Below are positions 13,420 through 52,416 of a DNA stretch of 64,000 bases, one piece after another (position 1 is the stretch's first letter; every line of letters starts with the position of its first letter). A model generated the notes under the pieces. It was not told the DNA's origin and did not search any database. It worked only from the letters and a program-made list of their open reading frames with translations. Location: positions 42,160,001 to 42,224,000 of the forward strand of contig CM022665.1 of NCBI GenBank assembly GCA_012295275.1, in the 5' to 3' direction. A program made the translations under genes and the position numbers. Source of the stretch: Chrysomallon squamiferum (lineage: Eukaryota; Animalia; Mollusca).

Positions 13420-14190
13420 TTTTGCAAATATTGCATATGGATATGCATTATTCAGTTTTTCAGTGATTCTAACATCCACACTACTATCAAAACTGACTCC
13501 AAAACACGTATAAGGAATGCAAAATAACTGAAAAGAAATCACTATTTTGTTTGGTTATTCTAAAGTTTGTGCAGTTGTTGCATATAGATATATTAATTCT
13601 TTCTTCAGTCATTCTCACATCCATACTACCAAAGCTACTTCAAAACACTTGAGAGAATGCAGTATAACTGAAAATAACATATCTGAACATTTTCAAGTAC
13701 ATTTTTTGGTTAATCTTGAGTGGTTGCATCAGATTTTTTTTTCACTGATTCTAAGTTGAGTTCACAGTACTTACTAGGAATGCAGTATAACTTGAAAATG
13801 TTTAAGTACCATTTTTTTATATATCTTTTTTAAATTCTAATGTATATGCAGTTGTCACATACAGATATCAGATTCTTTATTTCAGTGACTTTGCTATTAC
13901 AGCTGTGAAATTAATGATGTTTCACTGAACATAGCACACTTGAAATATTTCAAGTACTATTTTTTTTTCTTTTTTTTCTTACTAAAGTTTGTGGATATCA
14001 TCTTTCATTTTTTCAGTGATTCCATACTATCAGAACTGACTTCAGAATGCATAGATATATCACACATGGATATTAAATCCTTATTTCAATGGTTCTGAGC
14101 AATCAAACTATCTAAGCTGACTTCAGAATACTTTACAAGAAATGCTCTGTAACTGAACATAACACACTTGAACATTTTCAAGTACGTTTG
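13420..14190. repeat. Degenerate long-unit (~150-190 bp) tandem repeat
   Basis: Recurring cagtgattct, ctgacttcagaat, tataactgaa and acattttcaagtac motifs. Confidence 0.7.
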
Positions 14191-14618
14191 TGTTGTAGAT
14201 GACCTTATCATTGACCTTAGTTCTGATAACAGCACCTGTATGATTGAATAAGCACTACAGCAGTTTGAATTATTTACTTTACACCAGGCTCTATCAAAGA
14301 GTAGTGCAGATACAGATGGGTATTAAAATGATTTTGCACTCACTTTGTATCATTTGACTGCATTTAAAGAAGTGCATATGAAACTTTGTGAACTCATTAA
14401 GTCTTCTTTTCTTTTTCTAAAATGCTCATTTGGCTGTCATTATCAAAGACTTTTGCTGTGATAATGTGAAAAATGAAAAAGATTACGTTAAAATTTAAAA
14501 TCAAGGTAATTTGATAAAATAATGTCACACCTGTGATGTATTGCTCTTAATTCTACTTATCTCGTTTAAATTTTATTTTTTATTTTTTTATCCTGTATGT
14601 ATGTATGTGTGTATATGT

Positions 14619-14658
<40 letters not shown>

Positions 14659-14664
14659 ATGTGC

Positions 14665-14696
<32 letters not shown>

Positions 14697-14869
14697 ATGT
14701 AGGTGTATCTGTGTGAGTCTGTGTATATAGATATATAGATATAAACAGATATAGACAGCTATGTAAATTTTAATATGATATCTGATGTAGACTGTAACAT
14801 TTTCCCTTAGAGAAAAAATGTATGAGTCATGTAATACCATAAATTTAGTTTCAGATCAAGATGTGTTGT

Positions 14870-15380
14870 TCTGTATTATATTTATCTCTCTCCAAATTTA
14901 TTTAACTGTAAAATTTTAATACAGTTTGTGATCAAGATTGAAAAATTCTCCCTAAGGGATAAAATATAAAAGTGTCATGAATTATCTAATATAACAAATC
15001 AAGTAAATATTTGAAAACAGTATTACACCTGTTCTATATTATACCTACATCTACTTTTATTTCTCTTTTTTTTTCCATAAAATTTTAATACAATATATGA
15101 TCAAGACTATAAAATGTTTCCCTAAATACAAATACATAAAAGTGGCATGAATCATATAACATGTCAAGTTAATTTTATGAAACAATATTACACCTGTTCT
15201 ATATTATACCTATATCTACTTTTATATATATAAAATATAAACAACTTGTGATCAATATTGTAAATTTTTACCTTATGGATAAAATATAAAAGTGGCATGA
15301 ATCATATAATATAACAAATCAAGTTAATTTTATAAAACAATATTACACCTGTTCAGTTTTATACCTGTCTTCCCCTTTTA
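14870..15380. repeat. ~160-bp tandem repeat, 3 copies
   Basis: tgatcaagat...ataaaagtggcatgaatcatataa...tattacacctgttc recurs three times. Confidence 0.9.
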
Positions 15381-15935
15381 TTATTATTATTTTTTTTTTT
15401 AATTTATTATTATTATGAAATTTTAGTATAATATTTAACTAAAAAAAATATTTTGTGAGTCATGTAATAGCACACCCTAACAATTTGTTTTTTTTGTGGG
15501 ATCAGGAATTATTAACATAGCACCTGAGTCAGAGAGAGATGCAAGGCTGTAACCTTCTGTTTTGTGTAGATACAAAGTATTGTTAGACTGTGCGTGCCTG
15601 CTTCATCAGTCTGTGTATTTGTTTCTGTTGTCGTAAATACCTCTATATCTCTATCACCTGTTTAAAGGTTACCTGTGTGCAGAACAGTTCATTAAGAAAA
15701 ATGATGAATTTGGCCTATCTAAAAATATAATTCTTGCTTATGGTGTGTTGAAGACATAGTTTTTTGGTGGTTTTTTTTACATATATATGATTGTTTAAAT
15801 TGTTGTTACTGTGCTCATAGAAGTTATGAATTAATGGGGTTTTGGGGTTGTTTTTTTAATTATTTAATTTAATTTCCATATTTATATTTCTTCATTAATT
15901 TTATATTTTAATCTACTTAATAACTTATTTATTTA

Positions 15936-15988
<53 letters not shown>

Positions 15989-16256
15989 TTCATTTGTATG
16001 TTGTATGTTTTATTGTGACTTTTGTTGTGCATTTTTTTTTTCTTTTCAAAACTGGTACAGAATAGTAATTCAGATTTGAATTTTAACCAAATTTATGTTT
16101 TTACCAAACCTTCTGAATGAAGAATGAACATTTAATGACAACTTTCTCTTTATTATATTTACCAAATACCATCTGTAAGGTTTTGTATCAAAAATAATAT
16201 GAACAAGGAAACCTTCTACCAATAATTAAGATCAAGTAACCTTTTGTAGAAATATC

Positions 16257-16550
16257 ACATAGCTCATTGGTAGAATATCTTCTCAAGGGTCAGTAGGTCA
16301 TTGGATCAGTTTTACTTGTTGGACTCATTGAACTATTTCCCATTCTAACAAAATACTCCACAATTAAAGTAACAAAGGCTGTGGTTTGTACTGTCATGTC
16401 TATTGGATGCAGCAGATAAAAGATATCTTGCTGTCAGTTGAAAAAAGTAGCCTATGAAATGGTGGAACCAAGTTTATTCTGTCAATATCATATGTCCAGC
16501 ACATCAATAATATGTGTAGGGTGCAATATTAAATCAAACATTTCCTTCCT
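16257..16550 (+). mobile_element. Decayed tRNA-derived SINE, near full length
   Basis: A-box-like TAGCTCATTGGTAGA head, then core aaaggctgtggtttgtactgtcatgtc...ataaaagatatcttgctg shared with three other loci in the window; resembles gastropod SINE cores (from memory). Confidence 0.65.
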
Positions 16551-17254
16551 TTTATAAGCAGTTTGTGCTAGAAATATTATTCATAAAGCCAAATTATGGA
16601 AGGAGTGGAACAATGGCAAAAGGATGAACTTATAATGTTTAAGTCTATCATTGTATTTAGACATGAATTTTTTGAATAACGGTTTTATTGTGTTCTTTCC
16701 AAAAGACACAGACTGTAATTTATTTACTACATGTATATGTATATATTTATTTATATTGTCTGTTTAATATTTCATTCAAATTTTTAATTTTTTTTTTAAT
16801 AATAACTGACACAGTTAAACTGTGGAATTCGGTTACAGGGTGGGTAAACACAATTACTGTTTGTGTTTTTGATAAAATACTTAACTTGGACTGCCAATAC
16901 TGGTTTCAAGTGACACAATTCAGAAACATTAATGCAAGGCTTCCATTCTGGACATCACTGTTTGCTTTACACCTTGTGTCCAAAAGGTTTTTATGTCCCT
17001 GCTCTTAACCCCATTACACCCCCATCCACTGGGCTTTGTTGACAGTGGATTATACATACACACACTGTCCACAGGATCACGCCCTGGTCAATGTGGTGAA
17101 ATTCCAGGTCAGCATGCATTAACATGTGTAAACGAGACTGTCCCTGTTACAGGTATAGCCAGATATCATGTTTCAATGAATAAGTAAAATCTTATCTCAG
17201 CTGTTGGGTTAGAAGCAAAAATTCAGTATTCAGTTTTACTGTTAAATTATTCTT

Positions 17255-17307
<53 letters not shown>

Positions 17308-18807
17308 CATTTCTTTATTTTTAACATGCACACATGTATGTCTATAAACTAGGAATAACTGTTTATTGTCTTAAAATCTCCGCTTTACCCTGCAAAGGTT
17401 AGAATGCCAAACTGCAGTGAGGCTCTGCTGAGCTGCATTCAACATTTGGCCTGAGCAGGGTAAAGCTGATATCTTAAAACAATAATCAGGTTTTTCTTTT
17501 CTTACTAAATAATACAAAAACTATATGGAATTAACTCTTCAACTCAACATTCTCAGCAACAGTAGATTCACACCTAAAGGATTTTTTTAACGTGTTGCTA
17601 TTTGAAATAGTTCTTAAATAACAATAATTTATTAATGAAAATCATTTTCAGAATGTTCTTTTAAGATCTAAACCAGCAATTAAACCAGCAGTACAGAAAT
17701 AAATTCAGTTTGTTTCCTTCCCAAAAAGCATTATTTTTGGTCAATGCTCCAATATATATATATATATATATTACTTAGGTTTATTTTAAATTTAGCTCAG
17801 TGTTTTAAATGCTTTATAAATATGAAAGAAAATATATTTTATGAACACAATCATTATGATAATGAACAGAATTTCTAGAATAAGAATCTTCAAAAGAAGA
17901 TGTGTGTTTAGAGATAACATCATGTTATACTGGGCTGTCATGAATAGAATAGTTATATTGTCTGAAAATATAAATTATTTTTAATGGCTATTTTTAAGCA
18001 GTAATACAGTTATATCTTTTTGTCACTGAAAGAAGTAAAGATTAAAAAAAAAAAAAAAAAATGAATGATATGTATAATGTGTCTAAAGAAACTGATCTTA
18101 TTATATGCTGGCTGAACACAAAACATGTGCTTTTCTGTTGGAATGTCTGATAAAACTATATGTGAGTTTGTGTGTATGTATGTTTATGTGTCTGTGTATG
18201 TGTTGGTGTATATGTGGGTGTGTTAAGTATGTATATATCTATCTATGGTAACCATTATTGTCTGTATAAGATACTGCATGTTTTTTACAAGGTTTTCAAC
18301 AGTAATTACTTTTTTCCCATTCCAACCAACCAAAGAAAGAACAAATTATCATCATCATCATGTATGTGTTTGTCTATGTGTGTGTATTTTATATTCGTAT
18401 GTATGTTTGTATGTATGAATGTATGTAATAATTCTGAGATTATTCTATTAAGTAAGGGGAGTGAATTTAGTATTTGCAGTGACAGGATCTTTCTTTCAGG
18501 GTCTGGATAATGCATGTTAAACATCTTTTTTTCTTTGACATTACTGCTACAACAGCAAGTCATCAAGTGAAACACTAACTTTGCTTTTCTGATCAGCCCT
18601 AGTTTTCTCACAGTCTGTTCTCCAGCAGGTTTCTGTTTACACAGTGATTCAGTTTGAAACTTAAACCTTTCATCCCTGACTAAACTATGAACCAAACTTA
18701 GAAAATCTGTTTGTTCACAGATTAGCACTGTTCAGTGGGGTGACCCTGTATTAGAAGTGACAAATAACTAACACATATTAGTCATGTAAGGTCAGAGATG
18801 TTAATTT

Positions 18808-19010
18808 TCAGTCAAAACATACCCCTGTCGAAATGCGTCCCAACCAAATTTATCCCTGTGTCAAAATGTACCCCAGTGAAAATTTCCCCATGTCAAAATT
18901 TACTCCAATAAAAAACATTTCCCCCGTCAAAATGTCCCCATTTTAAAAAAGGAACATTTTGACCAGAGTATTGGGAACAATTTGGCTGGGGCACTTTTAT
19001 CTGGTTACCA
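18808..19010. mobile_element. MITE-like / non-autonomous DNA transposon relic
   Basis: About 7 direct copies of gtcaaaatgtccc-like units followed by inverted copies (acattttgac, gggaacaatttgg). Confidence 0.45.
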
Positions 19011-19304
19011 AAGCTACAGGTTTTTTTTCAAATTCACCAAATATATATATATATATAAATATGATGTTCTAATGACAGATCATTTATTTTCTGTTATCTA
19101 GAAGAGAAAAGAGTATTTGTATTCAGCAATCTGACTAACAAAGTGGGTTGGAAGCAATATCAGTTTTGTGTTTTGTTAAGTTCTGGTTATGTTTAAAGTA
19201 TTGTTTTCACATTTTGCTCTGTGTTGTGAATAATAAAGTAATTAAATCTTATTTGAATACACCTTTAGAAAGTTTTATTATAAAAGTTATTAGCTCATTA
19301 ACAC

Positions 19305-19361
<57 letters not shown>

Positions 19362-19454
19362 TGAGACACATATGCAAGCTTACATACAGACATACATTCA
19401 ACAGCATTCTGAAATGAAAAGTCTGATAAAGAACAACATTTCCACTAAACTGTT

Positions 19455-19532
19455 CATGCTTCTTAGCAGCAGAGAATATCTTTCACATGGACAGGAAAGT
19501 ACATACCAAGCTGTTTGATATCCTGATTGTGA
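19455..19532 (-). mobile_element. SINE core fragment
   Basis: Reverse complement atatcaaacagcttggtatgtactttcctgtcc...aaagatattctctgctgctaa matches the shared core. Confidence 0.55.
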
Positions 19533-21118
19533 AAAATAGTATCAGTGACTTTGTTTTAGTGACCATCTGCTGCAGGCTAGGTTTCTACTGCTGCTTTATA
19601 AAGCTTGAACCTTTTTTCATGAATAAAACACATTTGTTAGATACAGGTACATAGTCAGTTATGTGACAATGGTATGTCTGGAATTTTGTTACAACATTTA
19701 TCATAAATGCAGGACATACATAAACACATACATAAATGTTTTTTCACAAACACAAACACAATTACATGCACAGACAACACACTTTCTTTCAAATACACAT
19801 ATAAATACACACAGTTTTACACTCACACATACATTTACATATCTATATCCATACATACATACATAAATAAGTGCACTCATATTCACAGATCATAATAAAT
19901 TTTGTTTAAGGTTTTTTATAGCAGAAATGGTTCTTCCAAAATCCAGTAAATACATAATAAATATTTTCATTAAATAAATAAATGTTGTATTATCTAGGCA
20001 GTTCACTGAAACATGTTTCACTTTTCATCTAAGAGTTATTTTTAACTATTCCTTCAGCTGAATCTGTTAAAGCATTATCTCCCATAATTATATAAAGGGG
20101 GAAACCTTCTATGTGTACAGAAATGTACACACCATGTTTTACAATACAACATTTGTGGAAAAAATGCATGGGACTATCATTGGACCACACTTAATTCAGT
20201 CTCTTTAAAAAAAAAAAAATTACTAAAAAAATATTGTTACTGTAATTTAAAAACGTATTAATCACTGGAGAAGTAATTTAAAGAAGCCTGTAAGATGAAA
20301 GTCTTTGTGTTCCATTTTTTATTTCCATTTGCAAACAGTAAATATTAAAGCAGTAAAACATTTTCTTCACTGACATGAAGTACGTTATTCACAGTGACTT
20401 TTATTGTTAGTTTTATAAAGAAATGAAAACAAAACAAAAAAGAACAGTATTTGGTAACCAGAAATTATATATTTGTTATACATACACTGACTCACTTAAA
20501 AAGTGTACTCATTTACTTACAAGAGAACACCAACAAAAATAAAGATGGTTGCCAAGTGGTTGTCAAGAACCATAACTCATGCTATTAGTGGAGCATTTTT
20601 TGCTACATTGTTCAGTCAGCTACCAACATGTTTTGCATTGTTTATTCTTCTACCTTTAATTGTTTACCTTTCTGCCTGTCATACCTTTGTATGCATCATC
20701 ACCATTTTTCTTTTCTCTTTGGTTTTTTGTTGTTGGTGCATGTTATATGCTTGACTTGATTTGAAATTGTGTTCCTTTGTTTTTTCATTCACATTAGATG
20801 AAAAAGAACCACTGAAATAAGAATTCTTATGAATCTGTTCTTGTTTCCTCATAGCATCTGGTTTGTTTTGTGTTTCATCAGCACAAAAATAATAGGATGA
20901 AACTGTAATTTTCATTTTAAATATTGGGTTGAAAAAGGTACGCATTTTTCTTGCTAATGATAAATGTACAAAGAAACCTTTGTAGTCTGATATAATGTAA
21001 GTGTGTGTATATATGAAAGTTTGTGTGAGTGTGTGTGTCTGTATGTATAAGTACATACTATATGTATATGTGTATGTATGTATTTATATGTATGTATGAG
21101 TTTGTGTGTGTGTGTGCA

Positions 21119-21151
<33 letters not shown>

Positions 21152-22003
21152 GTGTTTGTGTGTCAGTTTCGGTATGGGTGTGTTTGTGTGTGTTTTCTAA
21201 GATACAACTATATTTTTATATCAACACTTTTAGAACTGCTAAAGTATGCATTATTGCCTATTAAAAATGTCCTAGATGTATATTTTAGCATTAAAGTATT
21301 ATTAATTAATACTATAAATATAAAATTATTAAAGTAACTTAACAGATATTTATTATTTTCTCAAAATTCACCCCAGTTTTAAACTGAGACTGACATGTTT
21401 TTTATGGAGAATTAGATTTCAAATTTTATATTTAGGGAGCACTGTATTGGTGTTCATAAATTACTTTTCATGAGTACACACATCCTTGTTTATTTGTTAA
21501 TTATGCATATACCTGTGTGACTGAATTTTCAGTCATGGCAGTGTGTTTGAAATAGTTAATATTATAATAGTATTTCTGTTACTAAAATCATTATTTATTT
21601 ATATTAGTTGTATCTTTTCTTTCCACACATTCTTTTGTTTGAGGTAATAATTCAGTTCTGGAATTATTATGAGCTGGTAATTTCAGCTACATTTTGATTA
21701 CATTTTGACCAGAAATTAACATGACCAATTAAGGCTAAAGTCATTTACAGTTAAAAAAATAATCTCTCTGTTTTAAGTCACATTCATTCATGTAATGATT
21801 TAATGATTCCACATTTAACAATCTCATGCAATTATCCTCATACAATGATATAAAACACTTTGATTAAATTTACTTTACTGTTACTTGTTTAATTATTTAT
21901 TTAAGGCAATCCTATAGTGTCAGTAGAACATGGTGTGAGTGTGAATTTATGTTAATGGAATTATTGTATCCATTTCAGACAACCAATTGTTGTATCATTT
22001 CAG

Positions 22004-46139
<24,136 letters not shown>

Positions 46140-46399
46140 ACGAACATCGAGGCAAGAGTAAACTCGCCAGACGTGAGGAGTTGTCGCGGCAGTCTGTTGT
46201 CACCACTGTGATCACACTTTTCAAACTTGTGTTCAAAGTAATCTGATTAAATGGGGAAAAAAAAAAAAAATAATAATAAAAGGTGCTTTGTCAAAACAAA
46301 AACAAAAAAAAATGATGAAACTGTTCAAAAGAAATGAAATGTTTGTTGTTTGACGGAAGTGAAATTTAAGAACTGTTTTACATTAAAATGATGAAAAAC

Positions 46400-46780
46400 A
46401 TAGTTTTAGATAAATGTATAAATTGAAGATCTTGTTTCTTCGAGTTTTTTTTTTATAAATATATAAATTGAATATATTGTTTCCAGGATTTTTATATAAA
46501 TATATAAGTTGAAGATACTGTCACAAAGAATTTTATATAAACATATAAATTGAATATACTGTCACAAGAATTTTTTTATAAACATATGAATTGAAGATAT
46601 TGTTTCCAGGAATGTATATAAATACATAAACTGAAGATACTGTTACAAGGAATTTTATATAAACATATAAATTGAAAATATTGTTACCGGAAATTTTATA
46701 TAAACATATAAACTGAAGATATTGTTAACAAGAATTTTATATAAATTGAAAAAAACAATTGTTAGCAGGAATTTTATAGT
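46400..46780. repeat. ~44-bp minisatellite in the presumptive papilin 3' UTR
   Basis: tttatataaacatataaattgaagatattgtt...ggaat, about 8 copies. Confidence 0.9.
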
Positions 46781-47358
46781 TTAAAACTTTTCTTAGAGAT
46801 TGTTTTTGATTTTTGGTGCTTTAAAAGTTCCAATGGAATGGATTTTCTGATCAAAGAAAGCTGAATTAGAAAAGTGAAGGACAGCAGAAAATGTCACTGG
46901 TATCTTATAATATTTTATAAATTTACTAATGTCTGATCTTGTTTGTTTCAAAACCTTTAGAGACAAAATTTATTTTTTCAAAAATTTTGTTCAGTTGCTT
47001 TAAAGAATATGTTACTAAATAAATAAATAAAAAATAATAATAACAATACAAAAACTAAAAATGCTAAATAAAATAAAAACCAAAACTGTTTTTCTTTCTT
47101 TTTTAAATATTTCATGACTATTTTGTTTTTGACAGTTAATTTTTATAAATATCTGTTAAAGCTAGTTTTTACCATATACGTACGTAATTAGAAATTTGAA
47201 AACAAGATGTCGTTTTATGACAAAAATTGAATATTGTTCTTCATAGCGAATGCTATATTAATAAAATGATATTAGAAATATTTTTAGGCATGCAGTGCAT
47301 GATATTGTGAATAATTTAAATATTCTTAATTATTATTTATTACTTGATAATACATTGG

Positions 47359-47391
<33 letters not shown>

Positions 47392-48769
47392 TGCAATTCT
47401 TTGAAAATAAGAATACTCATTCAGATTTATATATACTTACCTGTAAGATTATAGTTACCTGTAAAATTAGTATTAGCACGATAACTGAAATTTACACTGA
47501 ATTAAAATACGAAATTAAAAATCATCAGTAAATATATAAATGAAACGAAAAACATTGTCGTAAAATATCAGTTTGCATATTTGTTCTATTTGCATTAAGG
47601 TTATTATTATTATTAAATTTTATTTTTTATTATTTATTTATTTATTTATATATTTATTTATTTATTTTCATTTATTTATATTTGTAGTCTTTTATTTTTA
47701 GTCAGATCACTATGTTAGGTATTTCAGTATTTTACTAGGAATGTGAAGAAAAATCTGTGACTGTAAAACAATATCTTCTGTTTCTATTCAGTTTACTGTT
47801 GTAGCAGTTATCTCACCTGCTCTTAATCTATCTCAGGTAACTCACAAGAAAGCAATAGATGACAGTTTACCTTAATTTTTATATTTTATAATCACAAGAC
47901 TTTTGTTTGCAGTTGAGGTAAAAATACTTTTTTAATTTGACAACCTTTTCGCACAATTAAAGTAATAATGTTTTTTTTTTAATTATAAACTTGCCAACTT
48001 TTTCTTGCAATCTAAGTTACAATTATTTAAAATTATATATTTGCCAGTCTACAAATTTTTAAAAATGACAATGGTTTAATGACAGCTGTTAAATAAGAAG
48101 TATTTTAAAGTAAACTTTAAGATTTTGTGTAAAAAAAAAAAAATAATAAATTTAAAAATTAAAAAAAAATAAACTATATAAATAAAATTTTAATTTGTTT
48201 TCTATAATTTTGTTTTTATTTTTATTATTATTTAAATTTTAAGTTTTTGTCCTTTTCACATTTAACTTATTTTCTAAAAGAACAAAATTACTAGCAAAAC
48301 AAATTTCAGATAAAGCATACATTTGTAGTAATAATGTTATTTAATCTCCAGCAGAAATGAAATTAGTCTAATTTTGTACTGTTTACTTTTTACCATTTGT
48401 ATATTAATATTTAGTCTTCCCTGGTTTTATTTAACATATTAACATGATCTGTAGGTGAAATAATTTTCAAATGATGTTTGTCAGAACATGTAGTCCTTTG
48501 TCAATGCATTTATTGTTCAGCCCATTGTTTTTTTGTTGATGTTTAGTATGTCTTTTTTAATTTATCTGTACTTAGCTATGACAAAATGTTGTGTATTAAA
48601 AATATGGTGCTGTATTTAAAAATGAAAAAACAGAGACTTCTTGTTGACAAGAGATGTAGATTTAGTTTACAAGCTTGTTGATCAGAGTATCTCATAAGGT
48701 CAACAATTAAATATTTAGAATTTTGGAATTATTATTATCTTTAACATTATTAAATGTTGTGATTATAGG

Positions 48770-48808
<39 letters not shown>

Positions 48809-49372
48809 TTTATTGTTTTGACCAAAAATAAAACACAAAAAAAAACCCCAACAAAAAACCCCAGGCTTTTAGGAAATACTATGTATTGACCTCAGTTTGA
48901 CACATTGGCCTAATCTTTAAAACAGTTGTTTTGTGTAGAATTTTCTCCTTTGTAACTTTATTACAGACGTTGGATATAAACGTTTTATTAAAATTTTGAA
49001 AATTATAAAAGATGTATCATCTTAAATCCTGGAATTTTGTTTCTTTGTTATTATGTAAGTTGCATATGTTTTATTAATGTTGGGTTTTTAACCAAAAAAA
49101 AACATTCTATATAGCATATATTATCCAAATAGTTATAATAATAATAAAAAATATTATTATTTTTTTTTTTTAAAATTAAAAAATACAATAAAATAAAAAA
49201 AAATTAATAAAACTAAAAATCATTAAACAAAATTTCAGAATAAATTTTTCATTAGATAAATCTTTTTTCAAGTCAGAAATCCAGACCAGTGATTTTTAAT
49301 AGTTCAACATGACAAGTATTATTTTAAATGGAATGTTACTGAAAAAACTATATATATATCTATATCTATCTA

Positions 49373-49413
<41 letters not shown>

Positions 49414-50284
49414 ATCTTCAAGTGTCTGTTTTTAACTACCTCACAGTCCAAGCCTGTAGATAGCTATACATGTACTAAACATAAAGTTAGTGTGATATAG
49501 TATTATCAGTTTAAAAATCTGTTATTGTTGTTTTGTACTAGCCAGCAACATAAAGTCTATTCAAGATTACTAGAGAAATATAAAATATTAAAATATAAAA
49601 TCTGTATAATCATATGTATATTAAAAATAAAAATAATACATCAGATTTATTTTTCAAACTGTCCATTATTTCCTGAAACATAAACTTAATTTAATTAGTT
49701 TTCGTTTTAATCTTTAATAAAAAAAAAAATAAAAAAAAAAATTTATTTAGATAATTTTAAAATAATTTTATGAATGCACAAACTGTTTTCTACAAGCAGA
49801 AAAATTAAGTTACATTAACCTTTTTTTTTCTTTAATAGTTTTTTCCTTTTTTATTATTATTATTTTTAAATTATTCTTCTTTATTTTTATACTGTGGTGC
49901 TAAGCTTTATTATTATTTAGTAGATGTCTAAATCAGTTTAAACTACACATTATAATCAGTATATCTGAAACAATAAGTCAGCACAGCTATTTAACCAACT
50001 ACTATTTTTCAAATATCTAACTGGTATTAATAATAGAAGCAGCATTAACATTTTTTTTTTTTAAAGTGCAGCACATTCTTTCATGAAATATAATTTATTA
50101 GTTTTGGTTTTAGTCAAATATTTCTCTTTTCCAGAATGTTTTTGAAAGCTTTGTTTTATAATATATACATATATATATATATATATATCTATAATAATAT
50201 TCAACCAGTTTGTTGTTTTGGAAATATTTACATCTGATTTTAAAGATTTTTTTTTCATGTTTCAGTCTTGACTAGAAGCTGGAA

Positions 50285-50500
50285 ATAGGCTTTTAATCAC
50301 CAGATTGCTATTAGCTCTTCACCATCAAATTACTACAGGCTCTTGATTATTAAATTACTATTGGCTCTAGACTATTAAAATACTATAGGCTCTTGTCCAT
50401 CAGATTGTTACAGGCTATTGATCACCAGATATCAAACTATAAGCTCTTTTCCACCAAATTGCTGTAAGTTCTTGAGCACTAAGATCAGTGTAGGCTGTTG
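50285..50500. repeat. ~30-bp degenerate minisatellite (ccagattgctataggctctt)
   Basis: About 6 units. Confidence 0.7.
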
Positions 50501-52384
50501 ACTGCTTAATTATGAACAGTAGTTCTAAAAGCAGCCTAACCCTAACCATATGACAATGTAAGAAGTCTTTTAAATTTGTTATTCTCAGAGCAATAAATTT
50601 GATATTAGATACCCCCCAAAAATTAATTATAATAATAATAATAATAATAATACATGTAATGATGATGACTACTATTACTATTACTACTATTATTATTATT
50701 ATTATTACTATTAATAATAAAATAATACAAGATAATGGTAATACAATATAATAATAATAATAATAATACAACAATAATAATAATAAATGATGACTACTAC
50801 TACTAATACTATCATTATTAATATTATTATTATTATTAAGTATTATTTTTATTATTATTATTATTATTCTTAGTATTAGCTGACATAGTAACTTCCTGTT
50901 CATAGCTGTCACAAACGAGAATTCAAGTAAGCTTTGTCAGCTCTAAGATGTACATTTTATTTCCTAGATCAAAAATCCTTCAGTGCATAATCTTTTTACA
51001 AAAGATCTTGCAAGTAATATGTGTATAGTAAAAACAAAATTGACTTCTATCCCAAACAAAATCTAATCTTTTTTTAATTTTTTTTTAAATATTTTAATTT
51101 ATTGTAGATGTTTTATTGTATATATGAACTTAGAATATTTAGTATAATTAAAAATTTAAAAATAAAAACATATGTACTCACTGCATAAATTTTTTGTATC
51201 CATTTACTGTCTGTAGTATGTTTTTTTTTATATATATATAACTCAATGTTGATCTTTGCAAACTAGTTTAATTTAAAATTATTGAAATATTTCTTTGATA
51301 TTGTGTATCACTGAAATGTTCACAAATATTTGATAAATTTGGTATATTAATTTACTTTGTTGTTGAATTTTCATTTATCTACTTCTGTTTCAGATTTGAG
51401 AATTGTCAGAGTAAAATGTTAATTCATCAACTATAAAACAACTTTATCAAAAGTACTTCAGAATTTAATTCAATTTAACTATTGCTTTGTTTATCTGTTG
51501 ATTTGGTTGAATGTTTAACAAAACGTAAATCATTTTTATTAATCACACCAGAGAAATTAAAAGCCAATATTCTATAAAACCCAATTTCATTTTTTTTTTT
51601 TTTGGGGGGGGGGGACAGCCATACTATTATTTCACTTGACAAATCCCCATTAACTATATTACTTTTGACACAAATACCAGTCTCCCAAAACTTACTGAAA
51701 ATCATTTACCATTCACAATAAATTAGGAATTTTGTCCTTGGTACTTTCAGATATTTCAAAACCAACCACTTTTAAAGAATAAACATAATCTTGTAATAGA
51801 CAGCTTTACATATTACATCACCAATATTCTATAAAAAAAAAATAATAATAATAATAATAAACAATGAAAATTTTTATAAATCTTTCAGTAAGAATTTTAT
51901 ACAAGTTAGTAGCACAGTCTGAAAGGGCATCAAGATTTCATTTGAATTGTTGCATAATTTTACTATTAGTATTAGTGCCTATCAAATGTGGTTTCTTCAG
52001 TCTTGCAGTCTACAAAAGGCCTCTGAAGATCCCAATAACTGAGGGCTTCAACAGATTCCCATAGTTTAAGACATCTATACATTCCCATAAGTTTAGGGCT
52101 TGTAAAGATTCCCTATAACTTGAGGCCTCATAATATTCACCAAACTTAGTGACTCTACAATTCAGATAGTTAAAAGCCCATACAGACACCTGCAGCTGTA
52201 CTGTATAGATTCCCACAGCTTACGACCTGCTGACAATACCCAGCTCCTGATATTGTGGAAAAGTAAAGAAGATAACATTTATAACAATAATTTTTAAAAA
52301 AAACATAACACAGGGTACTTGTACTTATAAAACTGAACATTTATTTGATAAATATAAAGTTTAAAGACAATATGAAGTGAAATG

Positions 52385-52416
<32 letters not shown>

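Noticed and set aside
21979-22003. Upstream AG as the real start of the first lagrin exon
   Set aside because: The 25-nt offset gives DNQLLYHFR then TAA in phase 1.
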